64,000 bases of DNA, taken from an uncultured Methanosarcinaceae archaeon. Its GTDB lineage: Archaea; Halobacteriota; Methanosarcinia; Methanosarcinales; Methanosarcinaceae. The translations under genes were made by a program, and so were the position numbers. The notes beneath the pieces are model-generated. The model had not been told where the DNA came from and made no database searches. It was given only the letters and a program-made list of their open reading frames with translations. This document shows, piece after piece, positions 12,031 through 24,011 of the stretch. Position 1 is the first letter of the stretch. Each line of letters opens with the position of its first letter. The stretch lies in assembly GCA_963833425.1 (NCBI GenBank), contig CAWHXP010000014.1:50454-114453 (forward strand). The letters are read 5' to 3'.

Positions 12031-12593
12031 GCATTGTTAAATGAGTTTTTAGCATAAATCTTTTGCTTTTCATTACAGAATTTTATAAAGCTAAAAGAAA
12101 TATTCAAGCTTTATAAAGTAAATAAAGGTTTTATCAAGCTTGAATGTATATATGCACATATATATTAAGATTATTCAAAAACGATTATTTTATCCAGGGA
12201 AGAATGCTAATATTTAGGAAAATATTAATATTTACCTCATCCTTGCATACAATAGCAATAATGACTTACAAAAGGACACGATCAGATGAAAAAATAAAAT
12301 TCATCCTATATTTTCTTACTTACGATCACATCAACATCATTTAGCATGCTGTCAGAAAGAAATTTTACTGCCAAAGTTTTTCATGATTGTATGGAAACCA
12401 GAATTAATATCTTCGTGAATGTATCAGAATTTCATAAGATAATTAGATTGATGATACCAATGGTACTCAGACTCTAAATTAGATCAAGAACGCTTCATAA
12501 TAACCTAAGCGTAAAATATTAGAAAAGGGAAGGAATATTTAGAAGTAAAAAATTAACTCAGGAATAAAATCAGGATCTTAGGAATTAATCTAA

Positions 12594-13725
12594 AGAGAAT
12601 TTCGATAACCTCCATGCTCTTGAGCATGGTTGACTTTAAATTTGTCAATATTTATGTATATTCATGAAAACTTTTACTGATTTTGCTCTTAAAGAAGAGT
12701 ATAAACGTTTTGAATCTGTTGGAGATAAGCTTGCTGAAATTGATTCCTTAATTGATTGGAAAACGTTTCGTATTATTCTTGAGTCTATGTATATTAACAA
12801 ATCCTTTTCAGTAGGGAGACCTGAAACTGATGTAATTGTGATGTTCAAAATGCTTGTTTTACAACAATGGCATGGTCTCTCTGATTTTGAACTTGAGAAA
12901 CAGTGTATAGATCGAATTTCTTTTAGGAAATTCCTTGGTTTTCCTGAATACATACCTTACAGTACTACTGTATGGCTATTTAGGGAGAGAATTAGCGAGA
13001 ATTTCAAAGAAAATATGGGGAAAGTTGCAAAGCCAACTTGATGCTCTGGGTTTACAGATAAAGCAGGGAATGATTCAGGATGTTACTTTTATCCATTCAG
13101 ATCCAGGACATGCAAAAGCAGAGAGATGAGACAAAAAAAGAAGAAGCAGAGACTGAACATGGACAAAGAAGGAGGTAAGTCTCACTTTGGATATAAGCGT
13201 CATAATATAATAGAAGAGATTATGAGCTGATCAGAAGATTCAAACAACAACTGCGTCAGTACATGATTCGTATGTAGATTTGACAGAGAAAAATGAAGTG
13301 GTTTATAGGGACAGAGGATACTTTGGAACAAAAACGGAAGGGTATAATGCATCAATGAAAAGAACAGTCAAAGGACATACGCTGGGAATAAAGGATATAT
13401 TAAGAAATAAGATCATTAGCTCAAAAAGATTCCAAGGGGAAAGAGTTTATTCAGTAACGAAAGAAATTTTCAAAGCAGGAAGAGTTTTTGTTACTACTGT
13501 TAAAAGAGTAAATCTAAAAATGTTGTGTACGGCTTTTTATTATAATCTCTATCAATTGAGGAAATTGAAAATAAAAAAAGTATATTGAAGATAGCGGAAG
13601 CTATCCTTAAAATCAAAGAATTGAGAATAAGTAAAGCCAAAAAGAGGAATTAAATAGAGAAATTGAGGGGGAGATATGAGAAATCACTGCTAAGAAATAA
13701 AATCTGAAGTTTATCGAAATCCTCT
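12594..13725 (+). mobile_element. IS5-family element with frameshifted transposase (copy 1)
   Basis: GRP..D, DRISFRKFLG, DRGY motifs split over ORFs 12664-13041, 12935-13129, 13280-13588; TIRs AGAGAATTTCGATAAC / GTTTATCGAAATCCTCT. Confidence 0.9.
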
Positions 13726-13975
13726 AAACTTTAATGATTATTACAATTCACTAAGTTTTACCTTAAATCAAGCATTATTTTCTATGATTGCTTCCCTTTC
13801 AAATTGTAAGGAGCGATGTGGAATAATCAAATGGCAATTAAACAAAAGAACGAATTGTTGCTATCGATGAAAAAATTAAACTGTCAAAGGCTTGAAAAAT
13901 TAAATTTGTTGTTTAGCACCTCGCTTTAAGCAACGGAGTATATGAAGTATCAAGTTCTGAGTATCAAGGAATTAT

Positions 13976-14410
13976 TCAAAATAAAATACTTTCATCTGCT
14001 CCTATGATTCATTTTCTTCTTTGTTTCCCTGGGAGCAATATAGTTTTATAATAATATCAGAAGTTGTAATAACATCAACAGTTTTAATGCATCTCCATCA
14101 CTTCAGAGTTAACAACCAAAAAGCTTTTTTAATCCCAGCGTGTTCTTTAAAGATTTTCTTTGCTTTTTTATAATCTAGATTATTATTAAATGAGACTATT
14201 TGTTTCAACACTAACTAAAAGATGTACACGATCACTATCTGTGTCTACAGTATCAAAATTAAAACAGTACTTTTTACCGATTTCAAAGCATATTTTGTAA
14301 ATAATTAAAAATGTCATCTTCTGAATGAAATTTTTTACGAGAATTCATACAAAAAAAACCAATGTTATATCCTATTTCATATACACAATTTTTGTATGCT
14401 GTAGTTTCAT
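13976..14410 (-). pseudogene. tnpA: IS200-type TnpA (Y1 HUH transposase) remnant
   Basis: Hand translation gives CFEIGKKYCFNFDTVDTDSDRVHLLV and KKIFKEHAGIKK, with stops and frameshifts; IS200-type end motif GCAAGCTGCGTGGTATTCGACTG near 14488-14510. Confidence 0.7.
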
Positions 14411-14773
14411 TTCATAACTCAAGGGTGGCTTAAAATATATCGCAATTTGTTAATATCGATTCCCGAGTAGGTTTCCATACTTGTGGCAAGCTGCGTGGTA
14501 TTCGACTGGAATCAAACTTAATACTCAAATTGCACTAAAAACAAATACTAAATCCTTAGAATAACATGCAATGAAACTATTTTTCGTCAAGAATTTTTTT
14601 GAACATTAACTCCATAGTTACTTTGGGCAGGAAATTTGTTCTAATTTTGGTTTTTCAAAACTCCTCGAAACTAATTCGTGAATTTCAATTGAAGGATCAA
14701 ATATGACTTAGATCACGGCTGTCAAGCCGCCTTTGAGGCAATTTTACTTCCCAAATAAGTTGAGTTATCTAAA

Positions 14774-15900
14774 TTGGAGAAACGGTAAACAATTTGTGTG
14801 GTTTAGAAGTCACAAATTTTTGTCTATTACTATTCTAGTATATCCGGTGAAAAATCACTCTTACGTTTCGCTAGACATGATGAAATTTTAGCTCTTAAAG
14901 GTTGAACATATCAGAAAAGTGTGATTTTTTGCATAAGAATCAACAAGTGACTTTTGGAATTCTATTTGTGATTTAATTGATAAGTCTTGTACTTATAGTC
15001 AAAGATGCACTAGATACGAAGGCCTCTATTTATAAAAAGACAGACAGTAAATTCAAAATTCTTTCTACAATTTGCACTTTAATGGCATGATATCAGGACT
15101 ACAAGTTTTTCCATAGGATCAAAAAGTTTCAATTATAAATTCAAATTTTACAGGCTTGTACAAAGAAGAACACCTATTTAAAAATGAAGCTATGTTATTC
15201 TAGAACCTGATGTGTTATAATATAAATAATGTGCTGACAGATATTTTTGGTAAAAAAGGTCTTTCAATTGCTACCATAAATCACGTATTTGTAATACTGT
15301 TGATCAAATTTTAGAAAATCTTTCTCCAAATATTCTTAAAAAAGGTGTTCAGATAAGAAAGGTTTCGGCAGCATAAATACCTCACGGAGCTGTAGGGTAA
15401 GAACATTAGAGAATAACTTTTTAATTATGTTTATTGGAAACATAACCTGAAATGAGTATTTTAATGTCAGTTTTGGATATTGGAAAAAATTGGCGCAGTA
15501 GTTCTAATTGCTGAAATAAATAGTTTCAAAGATTTTTTACCCAGAGGTAATCTTCATGGCTTTAGGATTTTCTGATTGTATATCAATTTGTAGATAAATT
15601 ATGCACATGGAGAATCACAAAGAGGTCACAAAAATGGCGATGTTGATTCTAAAGCAAATTGCTTAAGCAACAGCAAGAAAGAAAAATCACAAATTAAAAG
15701 AATTTTTTAACCGAAAGAAGGAATCAATTGGTCATGCAAAGAAAATAGTGCTCTAGTAAGGAAAATTGCCCCAATGATATGGCACCTGGTTATAAAGGAG
15801 GAGATATATGAAGATGAAAAATGACATGAAAATAGAGATTCAAGAAATGTGAATTGTTGAGAATGAAACCTTTTCGGTTGCTAAACGTATGAAAATGATA
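14774..15900 (+). pseudogene. IS110-family recombinase/transposase, heavily degraded
   Basis: Fragments ESTSDFW, KKTD, VLIAEI..FKDF, RITKR, FNRKKESIG, RKIAPMIWHLVIKEEIYEDE across shifting frames; end approximate. Confidence 0.75.
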
Positions 15901-16065
15901 GTAAAAATTGTAATTATTGGGGGAAGGGATAGAAAAGGTGTGAGGAATTAGTTTCTTCACGTACTTTTGTGTCAAATAAACTCTGAATCTATTTATATTG
16001 ATGAGAAGCTATGCAAGTATTAAATACTCTATAATCCGATTTCAATGTCACTATTTTAACTGGGG

Positions 16066-16132
16066 TTGAACGAGCGAGTTTGGGAGTGGGGGGGTTAGTA
16101 CATAAAAAAGTTTATATGGCTCGCCCGTTCAA
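16066..16132 (-). ncRNA. Candidate small hairpin RNA with C-rich loop
   Basis: 13-bp stem (one G-U pair, only on minus strand); TATA-like TATATAAA about 25 nt upstream on minus strand. Confidence 0.4.
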
Positions 16133-16324
16133 TTTTTTACAAGTATTTTGTTTTATATATACCTTTCTAAGTTTATCGAATTTATTTTTTTACAATTTCC
16201 AAATTTGTTCAATGGTTGTTCTGAAAGTTGACCCTTTTAAAAGATATCGTGTGCATAGAATTGCACGATTTTATAAAACTTTTTTATAACCACAAAGTTC
16301 TTAAATCCTGAAGCCATTAAACAA

Positions 16325-17327
16325 TAGGATTAAAAAGTGTGATGCGTAGGTATCTGTTTTGCCGAAATTCCTTTAAAGGTGGGCAGGAGCTGTGCTGTCA
16401 GGTCGTATCAATTAACAATTTCATTATTCATCATTGCTAAATTCGTAAAGACAACTTAATTTAATTAATTCGCATGCAAATCTACAAATTTTAGATTTAT
16501 ACCAAATCAGGCCAAATTTAAACCAGTAAAGTTAAAATTTATACTCATCACCCATGAAGTTAAAGTAAATGCGTGCTATCAATAAAAATGATGCATATTA
16601 TTTACTGCTTTATCACTTATCATTAGGGAGTTCCTTATTTGCGGGATTAGGCGTTTGGCACTCTTTTGATGCTCACGCACGGATTACCCGCTTTTCAGGG
16701 TCATTTATGGAAAATTTCAGTTATCGGGCATCGAAGATGAACACAAGTTTTAGCTTCTGGCTCTGAAGATTATTTTAGGGTCACGAATAAAACTTATGTT
16801 AGGGCGAGGGCTTTCGGGCATGTATAGAATACCTCAGGGATATCGTCGGTACTATTGGTGATTGGCTCAAAAGTCATCGTTTATCGACTCGAAAAGTTAG
16901 GATGTATACATTCAGGATAGCTGGGCTGGCACTTTACCTAGCTTTCATGAGGTAAGATCTCCATTATCTAGATCCATCCGGATATTTTTCGGGATCAGAT
17001 CCCCTGGAATAGGTAATGATGGTATTGAAGGCAGAGCTAGAGTTATCTTTCCGGTCGTAATTGTCATTAATTCTTAGATCTGCTTCTTCACGGGTGCACT
17101 ATCACTGATTCGGTATAAAATCTGATTTTTTACTATTTTTGCATTGTCTGAACCTTTACGAGTTTTCATGTATCGAAGATAGTTTTGTGTCTTAAGGCAA
17201 GTGGATTCAACGTCCAGAATATCAGTTGTATCGTAATTGTTCGGGGGCATTGAATAAATTTTCTTTGAGATTTTATTTGAAAAATTGTTCATGATGAATT
17301 ATTCACAATATTTCCAGGAGAATTTAT
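16325..17327 (+). ncRNA. Candidate large structured RNA / very long 5' leader of dnaG
   Basis: No credible ORF; visibly more GC-rich than flanking intergenic DNA; many nested helices with G-U pairs on + strand; TATA-like TTCTTAAAT near 16298; 5' end inferred. Confidence 0.6.
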
Positions 17328-18908
17328 ATGCAAAATACGGATACTACAAAGTATATTATCCATTCTAAAATTAATGCTGATGGTGTAATAGAACGCCCTG
17401 ATATCGTAGGCGCGATTTTTGGCCAGACTGAAGGATTACTTGGGGCTGATCTTGATTTGCGCGATTTGCAAAAAACTGGCAGAATTGGTAGGATAGAGGT
17501 AATGGTTACCGCTAAAGGTGGGAAGACCAAAGGGAATATCTTTGTCCCTTCAAGTCTTGATAAGGTTGAGACGTCTATTCTCGCCGCGTCTCTTGAAACT
17601 ATTGATAGGGTAGGTCCTTGCAGTGCCAAAATTGAGGTCTTTCAAGTAGAAGATGTCAGAGCTGTGAAGCGCAAAAAAATAATTGAAAGGGCAAAACTTA
17701 TCTTCACCAAAATGTTTGACGAGACTGTGCCTGAATCGCAGGAACTGGCTGATGAAGTTCGGCAGTCTGTAAGGGTTGATGAGCTTACTTATTATGGAAA
17801 ATCCAGAATTCCCTGTGGACCAAATGTTCTTAATTCTGATGCCATTATTATTGTGGAGGGGAGGGCTGACATCCTGAATCTCCTTCGCTATGGTATTAAG
17901 AATACTATTTGTGTGGGTGGAACAAATATTCCTCCTGAGGTTGCAGATCTTACTAAAAAGAAGACAGTAACTGCTTTTACGGATGGTGATCGTGGAGGCG
18001 AACTAATAGTTCGTGAGCTTTTGCAGGTAGCAGATATTGACTATGTTGCTCGTGCTCCAGATGGGAAATGTGTGGAGGACCTTGTCCAGAAGGAAATTAT
18101 CAGATCTCTTCGCCGAAAGGTTCCAGTGGAACAGATTATTGAAAAATATGGAATTCAGGAAAGGGAAATAGAAGAAGATGCCTGCAGGGTTGAAAGAATT
18201 CCAAAAAGGAAGGTTAGGGCACCTGAAATTGTTCCACGAATTGCGGAAAAGAAGCTGCACAAGCGTGTTAAAATACACAGGGTCTCCTCAAAGTCAGATT
18301 TATATGGAGAGAATCTTCCGAAAGAAGAAGAGATTGAAGGATTAGGTTATGGGAAAATATTTGAAGAAGTTCATGAAAAAATCCCGGAAAAGCTCCCAGG
18401 AAAAACTTTCGAAAAAGTATCTGGGAAAAATTTTCTCGTAACAGAACAAGTAGAAACAAGGCCTGTTGTCGCAAACTCAACGGTTTTGTCTAGGGCATCC
18501 CAGAAGGGCAAAGTTCCGAGAGGAAAACCTTCAAATGATCAGATTTCAGCCTTGAAGGTTCCTGGGGGTGAGGCTGTCAGAGTTTCTCCTGCCCCGGCAA
18601 GGATAGCATCTATTTCTCCCGAAGCCGTCAGGTTCAGGCCTCACGTTGAAGCTCTTAAAGGAACTCTTACGGCCAGAATTTTGGATCCTGATGACAGGGT
18701 GGTAGAAGAAATTGCAGTTCGGGATCTTGCCAGCAGATTGAAAGCCTATAAAGATGATGTTTTTAGTGTGGTTTTTGACGGTGTAATTACACAGAGACTT
18801 GTAGATATTGCCTCAAGCAATGCTATTAAGAGTCTTATAGGTATAAAAATTGGAAATCTTGCTAAAGTCCCGGTTGATCTGGAAATATTGACTTCTACAA
18901 CGCTATGA
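17328..18908 (+). CDS. dnaG: Archaeal DnaG (TOPRIM primase-like, exosome-associated)
   Basis: [31 protein letters not shown]-terminal [19 protein letters not shown] upstream. Confidence 0.97.
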   Translation: MQNTDTTKYIIHSKINADGVIERPDIVGAIFGQTEGLLGADLDLRDLQKTGRIGRIEVMVTAKGGKTKGNIFVPSSLDKVETSILAASLETIDRVGPCSAKIEVFQVEDVRAVKRKKIIERAKLIFTKMFDETVPESQELADEVRQSVRVDELTYYGKSRIPCGPNVLNSDAIIIVEGRADILNLLRYGIKNTICVGGTNIPPEVADLTKKKTVTAFTDGDRGGELIVRELLQVADIDYVARAPDGKCVEDLVQKEIIRSLRRKVPVEQIIEKYGIQEREIEEDACRVERIPKRKVRAPEIVPRIAEKKLHKRVKIHRVSSKSDLYGENLPKEEEIEGLGYGKIFEEVHEKIPEKLPGKTFEKVSGKNFLVTEQVETRPVVANSTVLSRASQKGKVPRGKPSNDQISALKVPGGEAVRVSPAPARIASISPEAVRFRPHVEALKGTLTARILDPDDRVVEEIAVRDLASRLKAYKDDVFSVVFDGVITQRLVDIASSNAIKSLIGIKIGNLAKVPVDLEILTSTTL

Positions 18909-19360
18909 GATGTTTTTCCCTTATCATTTAACTTTTTTACAATTTTTACTTTTGTTTATTTTTTGATTTTTAATAGTTTCTCTTTTTTATATGTATTATT
19001 TTATTTAGCATGTTACGATTGATTGTCCTTTTGTTTATTATAATTAATGTTCTTATTTCTTATTTGTTTTTTTGTTGTGTCTTTGAATCATGATCTTATC
19101 TGAAAAATGAGTATGTCTCTGATTTTTGGAAAAATCTAAAAAGAGTGTTATGTTTATAATTTATAAATAACCAATAGAAATCACCATTTTTTTTTCTAAA
19201 ATTAAAAGTCTCTAGATTTTATTTTTTATTTAACTTTAAGGCTGAAGACTCCTTTTTCAACACGCATCGATTGTAGGTATGGGATGATAGTAATCGATTT
19301 TCATTTTTTTTAAGATAGAAAATATGTAAATATTTGTAGTAGGTATTTAACATAATAACT

Positions 19361-19772
19361 ATTGGATATCATCTGGATCAATGGAGCTAGTTTGCTGTGC
19401 AATTAACTCTTATTTTGTTCAAGGGGTATGATAAATAGGAAAAATCATCATAGTCAAAGGATGATACATTTACTAATATATAGAATATATGATATAATTA
19501 ACACTTTGATGTAGAAGTTATAAGTGTTGATTATGATCTAAATCATTTCCACACGATTTTCACTTCAAAATCAACATCAGACATCCTTAAATATATCAAT
19601 ATTTTAAATACTATCTCTTCAAGAGAAATAAGAAAAGAATTTCCTGAAATTAAATTACTATTATGGGAAGATACCTCTTGGTCAAGATATATTTCATAGC
19701 AATAAATGGGCACGTGACATTAGATATTTTGATAAGGTACGTTGAACGTCAGAGCAAACGTGCAACTAACGA
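19361..19772 (+). pseudogene. tnpA: IS605-family TnpA remnant
   Basis: DLNHFHTIF (HUH), SREIRKEFPEIK, YVERQ; frameshifted. Confidence 0.75.
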
Positions 19773-20189
19773 AGAAAATACAAATTTATCAGACTGACTA
19801 ACAGATTGATGTTCTTTGGGAATTACTCGACAAATACAGGGTAGTTTGCGTCTTTGTTCTAGCAGATAAAAACGTGCTTATGAGGAGAAATGCTTATTGT
19901 AAAATGCGCTGAAAAGCAAAATAAACTTTCTGATTTCAAAAAACGTAATCCTGAATTCAGTGCAGATATTCAAAAAAACTCAAAGTATCTTGAAAATACT
20001 TGATAGTAGTTATCATTCTTTTTTTAGCAACATTAAAAATGGAGATTTGGAAGTACGACCATCTAACTTTAAATTTAGGAATTCTCTTATGACTTTGCCC
20101 TATAATTAAAGCAGTTCCAAGGTTGAAAATAATATATTTACATTTTCATATAAGGTAAATGATGTTCTTTTTCCTTTGGTAGTAATTTA
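19759..20189 (+). pseudogene. tnpB: IS605-family TnpB N-terminal remnant truncated by IS6
   Basis: MQLTKKIQIYQTD*QIDVLWEL..., overlapping the tnpA end; stops at IS6 IR; no RuvC region. Confidence 0.65.
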
Positions 20190-21043
20190 GGTTCCGTTGC
20201 AAAAAATTTTTTCTAATAATACAATAGAATAAAAAGAAAACCAAAGACAGTAATATGCTATCTAATTCCTTTAAATGGAAGCATTATGAAGGGGAAATTA
20301 TCCTATTAAATGTAAGATGGTACTTAAAATATCCATTAAGCTATAGAAATTTAAAGGAAATGATGGCAGAAAGGGGAGTAAAAGTCTACCATACAACAAT
20401 CATGAGATGGGTACATCAATATTCACCTGAAATAGAAAAGAAGATAAGAAGACATTTAAGGCTAACAAACTATTCGTGGAGAGTTGATGAAACCTATATC
20501 AAAGTAAAAGGTAAATGGGACTATTTTTATCGAGCAGTTGACTCAAATGGAGATACAATTGATTTCATGTTAAGTTCAAAACTAAATAGAAAAGCAGCGA
20601 AGAGATTCTTTAAGAAAGCTTTAAGTTTTAATCATAATCAAATTCCAAGATTAATAACCGTTGATAAGAATCCAGCTTATCCACCTGCTAGAGATTAACT
20701 GAAAAATGAAAAGAAATTGTCTAAAAATGTTGAAATTAGACAAATCAACTATTTGAATAATATTATAGAACAACATCACAGATCTATAAAGAGAATTGTT
20801 AATCCAATGTTAGGATTTCAGTCTTTTCAATCTGCTAATAAGACTTTAAAAGGAATTGAAGCTATGAATATGATCAAAAAAGGACAAGTAAATGATCTAA
20901 ATTACTCTGTTTTTAATGAAGTCAAATACATTAATCAATTGTTTGGTTTAATTTTATAATGTTAGTACATTTTCTTTGAATATTTTGATTTTTATTCATT
21001 ACTTATAAATTTACATATTTTTTGAATTTTTTGCAACGGAACC
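20190..21043 (+). mobile_element. IS6-family element, transposase split by internal stop
   Basis: IRs GGTTCCGTTGCAAAAAATT at both ends; WRVDETY, DKNPAY, NNIIEQ motifs in ORFs 20255-20698 and 20717-20959. Confidence 0.93.
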
Positions 21044-21586
21044 ATTCAAGCTACCAAAAATTAGTTGGTTAATATCAATTGCTATTACACCAACAAATTT
21101 TGATAAATTACAATACTTACTGAGCTTAATTAGTTATTTTAAATTAATTATAAAAAAATAGTTTTTGAATAAAAGTTACTTCTACATAAAATATTTCAAC
21201 ACTGGACAACAATTAGATATTAATGTTGTTTTATAATAGTTTCTGAATAAAACTTATTTCACCATGAAACATTTTAAAAATTAACTGCAAAAAAATAGGA
21301 TGTTGCGCCAATAGTTTTTACTGACAAAGTTAAGATAATTACTAACTCGAATTAGCGAAAAGCCTAAATGTATAAATATGAGCTAGTTCAAACTGGAAAA
21401 AATTAAATATATTGTACTAGGATCGGCCATATGCAGTGGATTCATCCATGATGTAGAATATCACAGAAAACAAAATATAATATTACAAATAGAGAAAAAA
21501 GCTATTTTTATTTAAGTTAACAAGTAATTGTATTTACGTTAATCGTTAAATATAGACACATCATCTTCAAAGAAGAAGAGTATCAA

Positions 21587-21823
21587 GTGAATAAAATTAA
21601 AATAAAGCTGGAGCGATTTGCAGCAAACAGTTTAAATCCTGTGATCAGTCTGGCAAATGATGGGACTGTTCTTTACTCAAATGTGGCTGGAGAGCCCTTA
21701 TTACATGAGTGGAACGTGAGAATCGGGGAAAAAATGCCTTCTTATATCGAAGATTTCGTGCAAAAGGTAATTCCCAAGAATAGCCCGGAAAAAATTAAAG
21801 TTAAACTGGGAAATAAATTGTAG
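21587..21823 (+). pseudogene. PAS-domain (sensor kinase) N-terminal fragment truncated by IS5 end
   Basis: NPVISLANDGTVLYSNVAG PAS motif; the TAG stop is supplied by the IS TIR. Confidence 0.7.
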
Positions 21824-22125
21824 AGGATTTCGATAAACTTCGGATTTTATTTCTTAGCAGTGATTTCTCATATCTTCCCCTCAATTTCTCTATTTAATTC
21901 CTCTTTTTGGCTTTACTTATTCTCAATTCTTTGATTTTAAGGATAGCTTCCGCTATCTTCAATATACTTTTTTTATTTTCAATGTCCTCAATTGATGGAG
22001 ATTATAACAAAAAGCCGTACACAACATTTTTAGATTTACTCTTTTAACAGTAGTAACAAAAACTCTTCCTGCTTTGAAAATTTCTTTCGTTACTGAATAA
22101 ACTCTTTCCCCTTGGAATCTTTTTG
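21822..22125 (-). mobile_element. Right-end fragment of the IS5 element
   Basis: Near-identical reverse complement of ~13420-13725. Confidence 0.9.
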
Positions 22126-22535
22126 ATCAGGTGTAATAAGACTTTCTGTTTTGCCTAAATCAGTATCAAAGACGATTTTATTTGGCTGAATAGTCACCAA
22201 AAAACAAGTTTATCATTTATTTTAATGCATATGTTTTATTTTAAAACCTATGGATTAACGTAGATATTCTAAAATACAAAGAAACGCGTAATCAAATGGC
22301 CTTTTTGAAATGTATACATCCTAAAATGTGGATGTATGATTTTGAATATAAGATATCCTAGCTCATTCTTGGTTTCGATATTTATAAACAAAATTTGCCT
22401 GAAAATGTTGTTTAAATGTTATTTTATAGTTAGGACCGTTTGATTGAACGACACTTTTCTCCTGCAAATTCAGTGTTTCAGTTCATAAATCCAAAAATCA
22501 CTAAATTTTGGGCTAGAGTCCATAAGGATGGATTT

Positions 22536-23203
22536 TTATTTTATCAATCCTTTATGGACATACAAATCATAATCATGAGCAAAGCGCTCCTTATTGAATT
22601 CTGCCAGCTGGCAAAAATATTCTGTGCGCTGACGATGTATTTCCTCCTGGTCGGGATATTTGATTTCTCCACGAATTGCCTTTACCAATTGCTTTCCAAG
22701 ATCTTGCGCAGGCCCTATATAATTTTCAAGTGGCGATTGTCTTTCCCGAGTATAACTTCCAATGCTTCCAACAACTGTAACGCCAAGATTTATGAGAACG
22801 CCATTCATGTATTTCAAGACTTCATCATCGCCACTTCCCCCTGCAGTACATACCGAGCACCCAAATATTCCAGTTAGCGTCTGGCCGTGAATAGCATCTG
22901 AAAGCCTATCGGAAAGAGCTTTCATTGGAGCCGGAACAGAGTTAATGTAGTTCGGAGCACCAAGAACAACTCCATCGGCGTTCATAATCTTACCAAATAT
23001 CTCCATAAAATCATCAAATAAAGAACATTCACCCGTAGCTTAACAGGCTCCACATCCAGTACAATATTCGATATTCAGTTTATAGAGATCCATAAGCTCA
23101 GTTTCTGCCCCTGCAGATTCAGCACCTTTGAGTACAGAATTTACCAGTTTTAAGGTGTTACTTGCATTGCCCTTTGGACTTGCATTGATTCCAATTATTT
23201 TCA
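22536..23203 (-). pseudogene. Iron-sulfur flavoprotein / flavodoxin family with one in-frame TAA
   Basis: MKIIGINASPKG...CTGCGAC*ATGEC...ADGVVLGAPNY; TAA at 23040-23042. Confidence 0.85.
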
Positions 23204-23375
23204 TTTAGCTTCCTCGACTAAATATTTCAAAATAAAGAGAATTCCTATTTACTTGTGATTTTCACGAGTTGTCTATATAGAATTTATAGCATATAACTAA
23301 ATTAAGGAGTTGATTGAAATTCTCTCTACACCAATTGATTTAAGGATTAAAAAAGGTACTTGAGTTGGTATATAT

Positions 23376-23510
23376 ATGCAAGCAATTGAAGTATCTCATC
23401 GCATCAAAAAATTCGGCTCTCTCACGCAGTCAATGATATTAATTTCTCAGTTGGCGAGGGGAAACCTTTGGTTTTTGGGTCCTAATTATACCGGTAAAAC
23501 TACTACACTA
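23376..23510 (+). pseudogene. ABC transporter ATPase N-terminal remnant
   Basis: MQAIEVSH..KKFG, AVNDINFSVGEG, GPNYTGKTTT across frameshifts. Confidence 0.65.
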
Positions 23511-23599
23511 GTATTGCTGTTACCAGAGTTTTCTTTGTGAAATCTATAGGAATGAAGTGAAATTTTGCTGGGGGTTTCCATCCCAACTCAGCAAGTCGA

Positions 23600-24011
23600 G
23601 AAGCTTAAATTCTTGTGCGGCTTGGCAATAATCTCAAATACTTCCAACTGCCCCATCATTTCAGGCCACCTAAATGCAAAGGTATCCATCCTGCCCCAGG
23701 ATTACATACTGCTTTACTCCCTGCTGGATAGATTTCTCGAGAATATCTTCCGCGTAGCGTGACGGCTAACAACACTATTAATTCCTTGTATCAAGAAATC
23801 TGAGATCATTTTCTGATCAAAACACGCTCGATGTCTCAGAATCATTTAACTGTTCATCCCAAGGAGTCAAATATTGTTCAATCAGTGATTTTCCCCCGGG
23901 CAAATGATGAGCCAGGGAATCACCAAATATTTTTGAAGTTTTATGCTTGGTCTGATAGGCACGTATGTAGACTACCATTATTGCAGTAAAACTTGCTTGA
24001 TTCTCTTTCAT
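23600..24011 (-). pseudogene. SAM-dependent methyltransferase (LCM-like) remnant
   Basis: ASFTAIMVVYIRAY, then in another frame EDILEKSIQQGVKQYVILGAGMDTFAFR. Confidence 0.7.

Noticed and set aside
16060..16100. G-string as an ORB replication-origin box
   Set aside because: No TCCA..GAAA ORB core, no repeats, no adjacent cdc6/orc1
16325..17327. RNase P, SRP RNA or group II intron as identity of the structured region; small ORFs 16569-16766 and 17074-17292
   Set aside because: No GAGGAAAGUCC, SRP helix-8 or intron domain V motif found by eye; the ORFs have no RBS or recognisable protein features
19759..20189. Functional TnpB/omegaRNA nuclease system
   Set aside because: Stops and frameshifts; truncated before RuvC; right end missing
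21587..21823. Pyrrolysine readthrough of the TAG ending the PAS ORF
   Set aside because: The TAG is part of an inserted IS terminal repeat; downstream sequence is IS DNA
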